The translations under genes were made by a program, and so were the position numbers. From an uncultured Lachnospiraceae bacterium (GTDB taxonomy: Bacteria > Bacillota > Clostridia > Lachnospirales > Lachnospiraceae), in NCBI GenBank assembly GCA_947643615.1, contig CANRWO010000011.1, forward strand, positions 10,195 to 74,194: a stretch of DNA of 64,000 nt, given 5' to 3'. The notes beneath the pieces were generated by a model. It did not search any database. It had not been told where the DNA came from and saw nothing but the letters and a program-made list of their open reading frames with translations. This document shows, in pieces, positions 1 through 10,484 of the stretch. Each line of letters starts with the position of its first letter. Position 1 is the stretch's first letter.

Positions 1-6
1 GATTAT

Positions 7-1434
7 ATGAGAGAACTTAACGAGGACAGAAACAGGGATATTGCTTGGGAAGGTTTGAAGGGAAATAATATTACCGCTGCGGAGTGGAGCGAGATGGAAC
101 GCATTGCGGAACTTTCCAACGGACTTGTTCCGTTGGAAGAGGAAGCAATGAGGGCGGCAGCCTCCGGTGACCGGGAACAGGCAATTTCTTATGTGTTTGG
201 CGAAAAATATGAGGCTGACATTGCAGTTATCAGTTCACAGACGGATGCAGCTATTGATCAGATTCAGGAAAGACTTGACAGTAAAAAAAGTTTTTTGGTA
301 ATCGTGCAGACAATCGTAGAATTTTTGTTTGTATTGTCTTTCTTATATGTGATACGACAGATTATTGCTACCATCAAGTTTTCCAGGGAGGAGCTTTTGG
401 TTCCTATTAAAAAGGTTTCCAACCAGATGGTGGCCCTGTCGGAAGGAGATTTACACGAAGCCTTCGATATGGAAGCGGATGACAGTGAGGTCGGAAAAAT
501 GGTTGCTGCCATCCATTTTATGAAGGAAAACCTGGTTAAAATCATTGGTGAGATTACAACAGTATTGGAGCAGATGGGTAATGGGAACTATGATATTACC
601 TTGGAGCAGAACTATGTGGGAGACTTTTCTGTGATTAGGGAATCCTTCTATAAGATTAGCCAGGAAATCAGGCATACTCTGCGCAATCTCCGTGAAATGT
701 CGGAGCAGATCCAGAGCGGATCCCTGCAATTGGCAGATGCGGCAACAAACCTGGCAGAGTCCAGCACCATACAAGCTACGACGGTTTTTGATCTTACTAC
801 TTTAGCGGAAAATTTATATGCGGACATGGACAAAAACTCCAATGATGCCCGAGAGTGTGTGGAAATTGCATCCCAGGCGGGCATGACGCTGGCAGCAGGT
901 AATGAGAAAATGCATGAACTGAAAGATGCCATTGGCGAGATAAGGAAATGTTCTGAGCAGATTAATACCATTATCGGAGCTATTGAAGATATTGCCACAC
1001 AGACGAACTTGCTTTCTTTAAATGCGGCAATTGAAGCAGCCCGTGCGGGAGAAGCCGGAAGAGGTTTTGCCGTGGTGGCGGACCAGGTTAAGAATCTGGC
1101 GGAGGAATCGGCCAAATCCGCAAAAGAGACCACTCAATTGATCGAGACTACCGTAGCAGCAGTGGAAAAGGGAAATATGATAGCTGATGAGACAGCTGAG
1201 AACATGAGTGCAGTTATAGGAGGTGCAAAGCTTGCTACCGAAAAAATGACCCAGATCTCCGAGTTGTTAAACCAGAATGTAGAATACATGAAGAAAATAG
1301 ATGTAGATTTGGGTAACATTTCAGCTGCGGTGGATGACAATGCCGCAACAAGCGAGGAGACAGCTGCAATCAGCCAGGAACAGAACGGGCAAGTGGAGCG
1401 TATGGCAGAACTGATGGACAAATTTGTGATCTGA
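7..1434 (+). CDS. Methyl-accepting chemotaxis protein (probably 5'-truncated by the window edge)
   Basis: TM helix, HAMP, then MCP hairpin motif [40 protein letters not shown]; frame is open back to base 1. Confidence 0.95.
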   Translation: MRELNEDRNRDIAWEGLKGNNITAAEWSEMERIAELSNGLVPLEEEAMRAAASGDREQAISYVFGEKYEADIAVISSQTDAAIDQIQERLDSKKSFLVIVQTIVEFLFVLSFLYVIRQIIATIKFSREELLVPIKKVSNQMVALSEGDLHEAFDMEADDSEVGKMVAAIHFMKENLVKIIGEITTVLEQMGNGNYDITLEQNYVGDFSVIRESFYKISQEIRHTLRNLREMSEQIQSGSLQLADAATNLAESSTIQATTVFDLTTLAENLYADMDKNSNDARECVEIASQAGMTLAAGNEKMHELKDAIGEIRKCSEQINTIIGAIEDIATQTNLLSLNAAIEAARAGEAGRGFAVVADQVKNLAEESAKSAKETTQLIETTVAAVEKGNMIADETAENMSAVIGGAKLATEKMTQISELLNQNVEYMKKIDVDLGNISAAVDDNAATSEETAAISQEQNGQVERMAELMDKFVI

Positions 1435-1537
1435 CTTGAACGTGTTGGACCGATGAAATATAGAATCTCACAATCCTGAATTGAGTGCCCGCTCAAGCGG
1501 GCAGATGGGAGTTTATGTAGAAAAGGGCAGCGGAGGA

Positions 1538-2092
1538 ATGAGGATTAAATTGAAAAAGGGAAAGAAATTATTTTCATTATTTGCTATAATGTGTATTTTA
1601 TTAACCGGCTGCGGTGGGGAAAGGCAAAGCGGAACGGAAAAAGAAGAAAACAACCCGGCCCAAGTTACCTTTGAAGGATTGAGTATAGAAGGAGAGACGG
1701 TTTCTTCGGCAATACTTTCCGACTCAAAACTTACAATGGTAAATGTTTGGGCAACTTATTGCAACCCTTGCCTGAGGGAAATGCCCGGTCTTGGGGAGCT
1801 GGCCAACGAATATAGTTCGGAGGAATTTCAGATTATCGGAATTATCAGCGATGTGCAAGAAGGTGCCGACGAAAAGATACTGGATTATGCCACAGGACTG
1901 ATCCAGCAGACAGGCGCGGACTATACACACTTGATATTAAATGAATCCGTGTATAATGCTCTCCTAACGGATGTATCGGCAGTTCCCACCACGTTTTTTA
2001 TTGACCAGGACGGAGTCATACTGGACACTGTGGTTGGTTCCATGGAAAAGAAGGCATGGGAGGAATTGATTAATGCGCTTTTGGAAGAATAA
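1538..2092 (+). CDS. TlpA/thioredoxin-like lipoprotein (thiol-disulfide oxidoreductase)
   Basis: Lipobox LLTGC; VNVWATYCNPCLREMP CxxC motif; cis-Pro motif AVPTTFFID. Start refined to the ATG at 1538. Confidence 0.9.
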   Translation: MRIKLKKGKKLFSLFAIMCILLTGCGGERQSGTEKEENNPAQVTFEGLSIEGETVSSAILSDSKLTMVNVWATYCNPCLREMPGLGELANEYSSEEFQIIGIISDVQEGADEKILDYATGLIQQTGADYTHLILNESVYNALLTDVSAVPTTFFIDQDGVILDTVVGSMEKKAWEELINALLEE

Positions 2093-2225
2093 AAGCTGTT
2101 TCAGATGGTTATGTGGGGTGTTTACGGGAATTATATTTCTTGGTATTGGTGCTGCCTGTGGACAATTTAACGTAATTTGGAAGAAAGCAGTGATGATCTG
2201 TATGGAATGTATCGGGATAGGATGA
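2073..2225 (+). CDS. 50-aa membrane CxxC miniprotein (resembles the clostridial CD1871A-type CXXC family)
   Basis: Not in the ORF track. MRFWKNKSCFRWLCGVFTGIIFLGIGAACGQFNVIWKKAVMICMECIGIG*. GGAGG 9 nt upstream; overlaps the end of the TlpA gene; stop overlaps the next ATG (ATGA). Confidence 0.8.
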   Translation: MRFWKNKSCFRWLCGVFTGIIFLGIGAACGQFNVIWKKAVMICMECIGIG

Positions 2226-3070
2226 CAGGTAAAATGAAAAACCTACGATTGAAAGTACAGCTTCTATATACAATTCTTACAAACGGATATATATATGGAT
2301 TTCTAAGCGGCAAAATTTATAGAGGAAAAATGAAATATGCCTGTGTCCCGGGGTTGAATTGCTATTCCTGCCCCGGGGCCATTGCGTCATGCCCTATAGG
2401 TGCGCTTCAGGCTTTGTTGAACCAACAGGGATATCAAATACCTTTTGCGGCGCTTGGTTTCTTTTTCCTGTTCGGAAGCCTTTTGGGACGATTTGTCTGC
2501 GGATGGCTTTGCCCCTTTGGGTTAGTGCAGGATTTGCTGCATAAAATCCCTGTCTTCCGAAAGAGAAAAAGGCTGCCCCTGCATTCTGTATTGAAATATG
2601 GCAAGTATCTCGTCCTGTTATTGTTAGTATGTGTGGGGTCATTTTTTCTGTTTGGCGGTTATGCAAAAGTTCCTGCGTTTTGTAAATATTTATGCCCGTC
2701 GGGAACATTCTTTGGGGCAATCCCGCTTCTCGCCTCAAATGAAATGCTGCGCAGCCAGGCAGGAGGACTTTTTATCTGGAAATTGGGGATATTGCTATTT
2801 ATAGTTTTCTTATCGGTTAAAGTGTACAGGCCGTTCTGCCAGTATCTGTGTCCTTTGGGAGCAATCTATGGATGGTTCAATCGATTCAGCCTTGTGCAGA
2901 TCCATTGGGAGAAGGAACATTGCGTATCCTGTATGGCTTGTGAAAAGGCATGTCCTGTATCCCTTTCTGTGGAGGAAATATCCTGTTCTCCTGAGTGCAT
3001 ACGGTGCGGCAAATGTGTGGAAGCATGTCCGCAGCATTGCCTGCATTTTGCCAAAACAAAGAAAAAATAA
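2222..3070 (+). CDS. Membrane 4Fe-4S-binding protein (NapH/polyferredoxin-like)
   Basis: Motifs CYSCPGAIASCP, GRFVCGWLCPFG, RPFCQYLCPLG and two C-terminal CxxCxxCxxxCP clusters; ATGA coupling at 2222. Confidence 0.9.
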   Translation: MTGKMKNLRLKVQLLYTILTNGYIYGFLSGKIYRGKMKYACVPGLNCYSCPGAIASCPIGALQALLNQQGYQIPFAALGFFFLFGSLLGRFVCGWLCPFGLVQDLLHKIPVFRKRKRLPLHSVLKYGKYLVLLLLVCVGSFFLFGGYAKVPAFCKYLCPSGTFFGAIPLLASNEMLRSQAGGLFIWKLGILLFIVFLSVKVYRPFCQYLCPLGAIYGWFNRFSLVQIHWEKEHCVSCMACEKACPVSLSVEEISCSPECIRCGKCVEACPQHCLHFAKTKKK

Positions 3071-3098
3071 TTGAGTACATGGGAAAAAGGCAGTAAAA

Positions 3099-3184
3099 AA
3101 TTCACCCGTCAGACTGTTCTGCTCTGTTTAATCCGGATAATAAGTTCGGCTTAAAACAAAGCAAGGAAAGCTGACGGGTGAATT
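3099..3184. repeat. 86-bp imperfect palindrome between convergent genes (bidirectional terminator or small MITE-like element)
   Basis: Perfect 14-bp arms AATTCACCCGTCAG (3099-3112) / CTGACGGGTGAATT (3171-3184) with continued imperfect pairing inside. Confidence 0.75.
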
Positions 3185-3254
3185 CTTAATGTTAAAATAT
3201 TTTATAGTTTAATGTAAAGCTAAAATCATCCTGTTATACAAAATGTGATATCCA

Positions 3255-4901
3255 TTACTTAAGCTGGAAACCTTGGGTCTGCTCCTGAAGGAGGTTGACC
3301 TGTTCAAACAGTTCTGTGCTGACAGTTGCGGATTCTTCGCTGTTAGCGGAGTTCGTCTGAACCACGGCAGAAATCTGTCCGAGTCCTTCGGCTACTTGTG
3401 AGATAGCGGTAGCTTCCGTATGTACTGCATCGGTAATGTCGCTGATGGCGTTGTTGGATTGCAATACCAGGTCTAAAGTCTTCTGTAATGTAGAGGAAAC
3501 CTCTTCCACAATCTGGTTGCCCCTCTCCGCTGCCTTCACGGAATTTTCTATTAATTCCTTGGTAGCCTTGGCAGCCTGCTCTGACTGTCCGGCAAGGCTC
3601 CGTACCTCTTCAGCCACTACTGCAAAACCCTTTCCTGATTCACCGGCACGGCTGGCTTCTACGGCTGCATTCAGAGCAAGTATATTGGTCTGGAAAGAAA
3701 TATTCTCAATGGTGGAAATAATTTTTTCAATCTGTGCGGATGTGGAGCTTATATCCTGCATTGCGTCAACAAGCTGTTCCATCTGCTGGCTGCTGAGGGT
3801 CACCTGATCCCCCGTAAGTTGGGCATTGTCATGTACATTGGAAGCCATCTCAATATTTTGCTTTGCGCTCCTGGACAAGTCATTCAGAGTAGCGGCAAGC
3901 TCTTCCACCGCACTGGCCTGTTCCGTGGCACCTTGTGCAAGCATCTGGGCGCCATTGGAAAGATTCTTAGCATAATCAAATACTTTGTGCTCAACCTGGG
4001 TGATATTGGCCATCGCAGAGGAAAGCGAGGTGGTAAAGCTGTCAATGGATTCCTCAATGGAACGGAAATCACCAATAAAGGGAACCGAAGTGGTTACATT
4101 AAAGTTACCCATGGAAAGCTGGTGCATGATACGGTTGATATCTTCCACATACTGACTCGTCTGTTCCAGGGACTGCTTAAGGATCTTGGCCAGATCGCCG
4201 ATTTCATCATTGGAACGGTAATTCAGTTCCAATTTCAGGCAGCCTTCCTGTAAAGGCCTTGTCTTGTCAGTGATGCTCAGGATAGGCCTTACCACACGCT
4301 TCATGACATAAATTACCAGGCTCAAAAGGCAAAGCAGAGCCAGGCATAAGCCTGAGGCGGTCACAATATGCATAACGGATATGGTATAACGCATATTCTC
4401 TATACTTGCGTCATTCAGTACTGTGCCCCGTTCTATTACTTCATCCAGCAGGCCCACCAGCACGTTCAGGTTACTCTGAATCGTTTCATTATAATATTTC
4501 TGAGCCTGCTCAGGATCCTGTTCGGAAAGATCCAGCACATAAATGGCCGACTCATGAAGTTCTTTGTGCAGAGGCTCCAGTTGGGAGCGGAGGTTCAGGA
4601 TGGTTTCATCGGTAGTCCCTGCGTCTCCGTAGAGCCATTGCCCTAACACACAGCCGGTAGGATCCGTGCTGCCAGTGAATTCCGTTCCGGCATACAGAGC
4701 GTTACTGAGGTTGCTTGACCACTTGTAATGGGCCACTTCTGCCTTCTGGGCCCGTGATAACAAGACATTTACCGCAATACTGGCCTCCTCGGAACGATCC
4801 ATGTTGATAATGTTTTTGGTTGTCAGCACACTGAAAAGCAGCATGGACAAAAAGGCGGCGGCCACCCGGGTTCCAACCATTATCTTTACACTTTTGCGCA
4901 T
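3255..4901 (-). CDS. Methyl-accepting chemotaxis protein with a CZB-like zinc-binding sensor domain
   Basis: AGGAG RBS before ATG at 4901; two TM helices flank AHYKW...CVLGQW...LHKELH; HAMP; MCP motif [37 protein letters not shown]. Confidence 0.9.
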   Translation of the reverse strand: MRKSVKIMVGTRVAAAFLSMLLFSVLTTKNIINMDRSEEASIAVNVLLSRAQKAEVAHYKWSSNLSNALYAGTEFTGSTDPTGCVLGQWLYGDAGTTDETILNLRSQLEPLHKELHESAIYVLDLSEQDPEQAQKYYNETIQSNLNVLVGLLDEVIERGTVLNDASIENMRYTISVMHIVTASGLCLALLCLLSLVIYVMKRVVRPILSITDKTRPLQEGCLKLELNYRSNDEIGDLAKILKQSLEQTSQYVEDINRIMHQLSMGNFNVTTSVPFIGDFRSIEESIDSFTTSLSSAMANITQVEHKVFDYAKNLSNGAQMLAQGATEQASAVEELAATLNDLSRSAKQNIEMASNVHDNAQLTGDQVTLSSQQMEQLVDAMQDISSTSAQIEKIISTIENISFQTNILALNAAVEASRAGESGKGFAVVAEEVRSLAGQSEQAAKATKELIENSVKAAERGNQIVEEVSSTLQKTLDLVLQSNNAISDITDAVHTEATAISQVAEGLGQISAVVQTNSANSEESATVSTELFEQVNLLQEQTQGFQLK

Positions 4902-5314
4902 TTTGATTCTCCTTTTCATTTTATATGTAAAATATTTTTTTAACAAAAGATAAACCTACAGATTAAAAAAACAGCTCTGCCTTATGGTAACATAGCCGTA
5001 TTTGGTACCCTGCCATAAAATAGAACCGGAATGATCTCTAAATATTTGTATTCCCCCATACTTTAATAAAGAACTAAAAGAATATAATCTGTGGCGTTTA
5101 TAGCTATTTTATCATAGCCCAAATTTTATTTCAATACTTTCTTAAATACTTGCAAATTATTTCCAGTGTCAGCATTCGTCTTTATATTCAATTTAAGGTA
5201 TAAAATTAAGTGACATAAATGAACCAAACTGCTATAATAGCATTTAGATGCGGACGGGGCAATCCGATATATAAAAAAGAAAAAATTGCAATTATGAAAG
5301 GAGAAGTTATCACT

Positions 5315-5761
5315 ATGAAAAAAGTATATGTAAGTTTGGTATTGACGATTCTCTGTATCGTGGCAGCAGTTTATTCCAGAGGTGCTATGGATAATACCGA
5401 GGTTGAGTATACGGAGGTGGAGGTGACGGTAGTCAGCTCGGAGACGAAAGAGAGGACCGTCAAGACAGGGTCTTCAAGGTCAACCATCACCTCATATGAA
5501 ATCGTAGTAAGCTATATGGGCCAGAACTACGATCTGGAGAATGCTCATAATTCCTATTCATACCTTAAGGGGGCGACGGTTAAGGCTTATCTTGCAAACG
5601 GAAAGATGTATGCAAATGTGGAGGGTGTCCGAAATTCCACTCCTGCAGCTATCGTTTATTTTTCGACGCTGATCGGATCCTTCGTCCTGTTTATGGTGAC
5701 AATCTGTTGGTGGGCAAATGAAGTCCAGAGGAAGCATAGAGAGCGGAAGAGGAATTCGTGA
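5315..5761 (+). CDS. Small membrane protein, hypothetical
   Basis: AAGGAG RBS; N- and C-terminal hydrophobic helices around a beta-rich domain; overlaps the next gene (GTGA). Confidence 0.75.
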   Translation: MKKVYVSLVLTILCIVAAVYSRGAMDNTEVEYTEVEVTVVSSETKERTVKTGSSRSTITSYEIVVSYMGQNYDLENAHNSYSYLKGATVKAYLANGKMYANVEGVRNSTPAAIVYFSTLIGSFVLFMVTICWWANEVQRKHRERKRNS

Positions 5762-6093
5762 TGGCGAGCACCCTTGAATTTGTACAATATGCAGCAGACC
5801 AGCTTTCGGAAGCTGGAACGATTACATACCGGAAAATGTTTGGTGAATATGGAGTATATTGTGACGGAAAGATATTTGCCCTGATCTGCAATGACCAGCT
5901 TTTTATTAAAATCACGGAAGCGGGTAAGCGCATGGCGCCAGACCTGGAGTCCGCGCCTCCGTATGAAGGTTCGAAGCCATATTTCCTGATGGATGATATT
6001 GACAATAAGGAGTTTTTAACCGCGTTTGCCATAGAAACCTGCAAAGAACTTCCCATGCCAAAACCCAAGAAAGCCAAAAAAGGGATTGTGTAG
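5758..6093 (+). CDS. TfoX/Sxy N-terminal-domain protein
   Basis: RKMFGEYGVYCDGKIFALICNDQLFIK is typical of TfoX_N. Confidence 0.85.
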   Translation: MMASTLEFVQYAADQLSEAGTITYRKMFGEYGVYCDGKIFALICNDQLFIKITEAGKRMAPDLESAPPYEGSKPYFLMDDIDNKEFLTAFAIETCKELPMPKPKKAKKGIV

Positions 6094-6225
6094 GGAAATA
6101 CCATGGTGGCTGCCGCGAAAGAAATTTCTTCAATAACAATACGTTGCATTTTGAATGTGTGTGTAATATAATCTCATTTATAACAGAAATCGGTTCATGA
6201 AAGAATCATTATATTTAAAGGAGAA

Positions 6226-7845
6226 ATGAATGCTATGGGAGTACAGGCGAAAGGCAACAGGGACTTTTTTTCGAATTTTGATGAAAAAACGATTCCGTTG
6301 GTCCAAATGATCCTGGACGGAATGCCGGGAGGCTTCTTTATTTATCATGCGGATTCGGAGGAAGAATTGCTCTATGCAAACAAAGGGATGCTGCGGATCT
6401 TCGGCTGTAACACGGAAGAGGAATTCCGAAACCTGACAGGGTATACTTTTAAAGGGATGGTGCATCCTGACGATATTGACCTGGTTAAAGAAAGCATTAC
6501 AAAGCAGATTGCAGACAGCGTATATGACCTGGACTATGTGGAATACAGAATTGTCCGGAAAGACGGGAGCGTGCGCTGTGTGGAAGATTATGGGCATTTT
6601 CTGCGTACGGAAGCATATGGAGATATCTTCCTGGTATTTATGGAGGATACCACTGACCGGGTGGAGCAGAACCTTTCCCCGGCGGCAATGCGCCGGGCAG
6701 AATTGGCGAAAAGCGCTTTCTGGTCCAATATGTCCCATGATATCCGTACCCCGTTAAATGCGATTATCGGTTATACCGAGTTGGTCAAAAGCCATATTAT
6801 GGAACCGGACAAAGTCAACGAGTATAATCAGAAAATATGTGTATCCGGTGAACAATTGCTTTCCGTCATAAATGAGACGCTTGAAATTACCCGTATGGAA
6901 TCGGGTAAAGTCGATTTGGTGGAGAGCCGGTGTAACCTGGTTGACTTACTGTTAGACGTGGAAAAAGCAATGATGCTGGAGATGGATGTAAAGTCTCTGG
7001 ATTTCTTCTTGGATAAGACCGGCGTAAGACGCTTTGCGGTGATTGCGGATTATGTGAGGCTTAAGGAGATTTTGTGCCAGCTGCTTGACAATGCGGTGAA
7101 GTATACAAATCCGGGTGGAAGCATTTCTTTGACGGTAGAGGAGGAAAGCAGTGACCTTCCGGATTACGGTATGTACCGGTTTATTGTGGAGGATGACGGC
7201 ATCGGTATTTCAAAGGAATTTATAAACAGCCTTTTTATCCCCTTTAAGAGAGAGAACGACGTTATGCAAAGCGGAGTGTCGGGAGCAGGACTAGGCCTTA
7301 CGGTAGTGAAAAATATGGTGGATCTCATGGGCGGGGACATAGAAGTGGAAAGCGAACCGGGAAGGGGCAGCAGGTTTACGGTCAGTCTGCGATTGAAATT
7401 CCAGGAAGGACAGAATTCGGATGTCATGCCGGGGCCTAAGTTCGGGGAAGACGGTACGGTGGGAAAAAGGATCCTGTTGGTTGACGATAATGAGATCAAT
7501 TTGGAAATTGCGAGAGAACTGCTTATCGCACAGGGATTTCTTGTGGAATCGGCCGAAAATGGCAGTAAGGCGCTGGAGATGGTAGAGCACTCCGAACCGG
7601 GTTACTATGACCTCATTTTAATGGATGTCCAAATGCCGGAAATGGGAGGGCATGAGGCTGCAAAAGCCATCAGGCAGCTGGAGAATAAGGAGTTGGCGCG
7701 GATCCCCATTATAGCCTTGTCCGCCAATGCATTTCCGGAGGATTACCAGAAGTCCATGGATGCAGGAATGGACGCACATTCTCCGAAACCCTTTGATATA
7801 CAGGAGCTGCAGGAACTGATTCAGGATATATTGAACAAAAGGTAA
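6226..7845 (+). CDS. Soluble hybrid histidine kinase (PAS-HisKA-HATPase-REC)
   Basis: PAS (MVHPDD...EYRI), H-box MSHDIRTPLNAI, N/G boxes, receiver ILLVDD...LMDVQMP...KP. Confidence 0.92.
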   Translation: MNAMGVQAKGNRDFFSNFDEKTIPLVQMILDGMPGGFFIYHADSEEELLYANKGMLRIFGCNTEEEFRNLTGYTFKGMVHPDDIDLVKESITKQIADSVYDLDYVEYRIVRKDGSVRCVEDYGHFLRTEAYGDIFLVFMEDTTDRVEQNLSPAAMRRAELAKSAFWSNMSHDIRTPLNAIIGYTELVKSHIMEPDKVNEYNQKICVSGEQLLSVINETLEITRMESGKVDLVESRCNLVDLLLDVEKAMMLEMDVKSLDFFLDKTGVRRFAVIADYVRLKEILCQLLDNAVKYTNPGGSISLTVEEESSDLPDYGMYRFIVEDDGIGISKEFINSLFIPFKRENDVMQSGVSGAGLGLTVVKNMVDLMGGDIEVESEPGRGSRFTVSLRLKFQEGQNSDVMPGPKFGEDGTVGKRILLVDDNEINLEIARELLIAQGFLVESAENGSKALEMVEHSEPGYYDLILMDVQMPEMGGHEAAKAIRQLENKELARIPIIALSANAFPEDYQKSMDAGMDAHSPKPFDIQELQELIQDILNKR

Positions 7846-7861
7846 TAGAGGTAATATTGCA

Positions 7862-10408
7862 ATGAAAAACAAAACTTCTCGCGTCCTGATAGGGAGCTTT
7901 GTTCTGATGCTTGTATTATGCGCGTGCATTTTTTTCTTTCTGATGAACCAGATGGCGGAAAAAAGCGGGACTACAACAGCAGAGATCAGTGATTTATATA
8001 TGGAAAGAATGAGCGCGCAGATGTCGAGCCATTTTCAGACTACTATTGATATCAAGCTGGCGCAGGTAGAGAGTATCATTAAGACTATGCCGCCTGACGG
8101 AAAGCTCCAGGGTAAAGAACTGAAGGAAAGTATGTATATCAGCGCCATTGCGAGGGAGTTCAAGTTCCTGGCGCTTTTGGCAGAAGACGGAAGTTTCGAG
8201 ATGATCCTTGGGGATCTGGTGTCCATACCCGATACGGAACCGTTTCTGGACGACCTGAAAAACGGGGATAAAAAGATAGCCGTGGCAGAATCTTCGAACC
8301 AGGAAATGAGCCTTGCGCTGCTGGGTGTCCCCTGTGGGTATGATATGAATGACGGAAGCAAAAGCGTGGCTCTGGTGGGAGGCATTGACCTGGACTACAT
8401 ATATACTACACTGGCCCTGAATGACGGGGACGAAGAATCCTACTCCCACATTATCAGAAGAAACGGCGATTTCGTTATGAAAAGCAGCGTGGCTGCGGAA
8501 AATAATTTCTACGAACGGATTTATGCCACGGTAAAGAGCACGGACAAAAAAGATGCGGAATATTATGAGAACAGTATCCGGGAAGCTATCATACGCAGAA
8601 TGCATTTTGCGGACATAGTGACTACCTATGACGGGACGAAATGCTTGTATGTTACTCCTCTTGCCTATTCGGAATGGTACCTGGTAACGATCATGTCTTT
8701 TGACGATCTGGACCATATCGTACAGAGGCTGGATGACCAGAGGCTGTATGCGTTTTTGCTGGCGTTGCTGGCAATGTTCCTTCTTTTTATTATCGTGTTT
8801 GCCCTGTATTATAGAATGTCAAAGGCGCAACTTGCCGAGACAGAGGCGGCACGCAATGAAGCTATTAAAGCCAACAAGGCTAAGAGCGAGTTCCTTTCAA
8901 ACATGAGCCACGATATCAGGACTCCCATGAATGCCATTGTGGGTATGACTGCCATTGCCACGGCAAATATTGACGACAGGAATCAATTGACGAACTGCCT
9001 TAGGAAAATCACCCTTTCCAGCCGCCATCTTCTGGGGTTGATCAATGATGTGCTGGATATGTCAAAGATCGAGAGCGGAAAAATGACGCTGAACCCTGAG
9101 ATTATTTCCCTCAGGGAGACGATGGAAAGCATTGTGAGCATTATCCTTCCTCAGACCAGGACAAAAAAACAGAAGTTTGAGATTTCTATTTCAGATATCC
9201 TGGTGGAAGGGGTGTATTGTGACAGTGTCAGGTTGAACCAGGTGTTGATTAATTTTTTGTCTAATGCATATAAATTTACTCCGGAAGGCGGCGAGATACT
9301 TTTCTCGCTAAATCAGGAGGAATCCCCCAAGGGATACCGCTATGTAAGGGTCCATTTCCGGGTGAAGGACAGCGGTATCGGTATGCCCCCTGAATTTCAG
9401 AAAAAGATATTCGAGTCTTTTTCCAGGGAGGATAACGCCCGGGTAAATAAGACGGAAGGTTCGGGCCTTGGTATGACAATCAGCAAATACATTGTGGATG
9501 CCATGGAAGGGACCATTGAGTTAAAGAGTGAAGTCAACAAAGGTACCGAATTCCACGTGACCATTGATATGGAGAAAGCGGCTGGGAAAGAAGCGGATAT
9601 GGAGCTTCCCGGCTGGAATCTGCTTTTGGTGGGTAATAAAGAACAGGCCTGCAGAGAGACGGCAGCTCGTTTACAGGAAATGGCTGTGAACTGTGACTGG
9701 GTTACAAATACCGATGCGGCTGCGGAAATGGTGGAGAAGCGGCAGAAGCAGCAGGATGCTTACCAGATTATGTTGTTTGACTGGGGAGGGGACGAAAAGG
9801 GCGGTTTGGAAGCCGCCGGGAAAGTCCATGGGATACTCGGGAAAGATGCTCCTATGATACTTGTCTCAGCCTATGACTGGAGCGGCATGGAGGAAGAAGC
9901 ACGGGTTGCGGGCATCAGCGGTTTCCTCCAGAAACCTTTGTTTAAGTCTACCCTGTACCATGGCCTGCTGCAGTACATGAACCCGGAACAGACAGTACAG
10001 GAGGTACAGAAGGCGCCCAGGGAAAGTTTTGATGGCGTCAGGGTTTTGCTGGCAGAGGATAATGACCTCAACTATGAGATTGCCAGGGAACTGCTTACCA
10101 GCCGGGGTATGGAAATCGAGTGGGCGGAGAATGGGCAGATTTGTGTAGAGATGTTTGAAAAATCACAGGTAGGTTATTATCAGGTGATTCTTATGGATAT
10201 CAGGATGCCTGTTATGTCAGGGTATGAGGCAACCCAGGAAATAAGGGCCCTCGAGCGTCCCGATGCAAAGCTGCCGATTATTGCCATGACGGCGGATGCT
10301 TTTTCTGAGGATGTAAAGAAATGCAAGGAATGCGGCATGAATGACCATACTTCAAAACCTATTGATATGGATGCATTATCCCATATATTGGCGCATTATC
10401 TGCGATGA
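7862..10408 (+). CDS. Membrane hybrid histidine kinase (Cache-like sensor, HisKA, HATPase, two receiver domains)
   Basis: Two TMs; MSHDIRTPMNAI; DSGIG...GSGLG; first REC degenerate, second canonical (LAEDND...LMDIRMP...SKP). Confidence 0.92.
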   Translation: MKNKTSRVLIGSFVLMLVLCACIFFFLMNQMAEKSGTTTAEISDLYMERMSAQMSSHFQTTIDIKLAQVESIIKTMPPDGKLQGKELKESMYISAIAREFKFLALLAEDGSFEMILGDLVSIPDTEPFLDDLKNGDKKIAVAESSNQEMSLALLGVPCGYDMNDGSKSVALVGGIDLDYIYTTLALNDGDEESYSHIIRRNGDFVMKSSVAAENNFYERIYATVKSTDKKDAEYYENSIREAIIRRMHFADIVTTYDGTKCLYVTPLAYSEWYLVTIMSFDDLDHIVQRLDDQRLYAFLLALLAMFLLFIIVFALYYRMSKAQLAETEAARNEAIKANKAKSEFLSNMSHDIRTPMNAIVGMTAIATANIDDRNQLTNCLRKITLSSRHLLGLINDVLDMSKIESGKMTLNPEIISLRETMESIVSIILPQTRTKKQKFEISISDILVEGVYCDSVRLNQVLINFLSNAYKFTPEGGEILFSLNQEESPKGYRYVRVHFRVKDSGIGMPPEFQKKIFESFSREDNARVNKTEGSGLGMTISKYIVDAMEGTIELKSEVNKGTEFHVTIDMEKAAGKEADMELPGWNLLLVGNKEQACRETAARLQEMAVNCDWVTNTDAAAEMVEKRQKQQDAYQIMLFDWGGDEKGGLEAAGKVHGILGKDAPMILVSAYDWSGMEEEARVAGISGFLQKPLFKSTLYHGLLQYMNPEQTVQEVQKAPRESFDGVRVLLAEDNDLNYEIARELLTSRGMEIEWAENGQICVEMFEKSQVGYYQVILMDIRMPVMSGYEATQEIRALERPDAKLPIIAMTADAFSEDVKKCKECGMNDHTSKPIDMDALSHILAHYLR

Positions 10409-10430
10409 ATACTTGATAAATAATGTTAAA

Positions 10431-10464
10431 AAAAGGAAACGGCGCTGTTGCATCGTTTCCTTTT
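10431..10464. terminator. Bidirectional intrinsic terminator
   Basis: AAAAGGAAACG-N12-CGTTTCCTTTT between convergent genes. Confidence 0.85.
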
Positions 10465-10484
10465 ATACATTTAATTCAGAAGAA

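Noticed and set aside
4977-5020. Hairpin upstream of the CZB chemoreceptor as a c-di-GMP riboswitch
   Set aside because: No class I or II consensus, and pairing is better on the strand opposite the gene.
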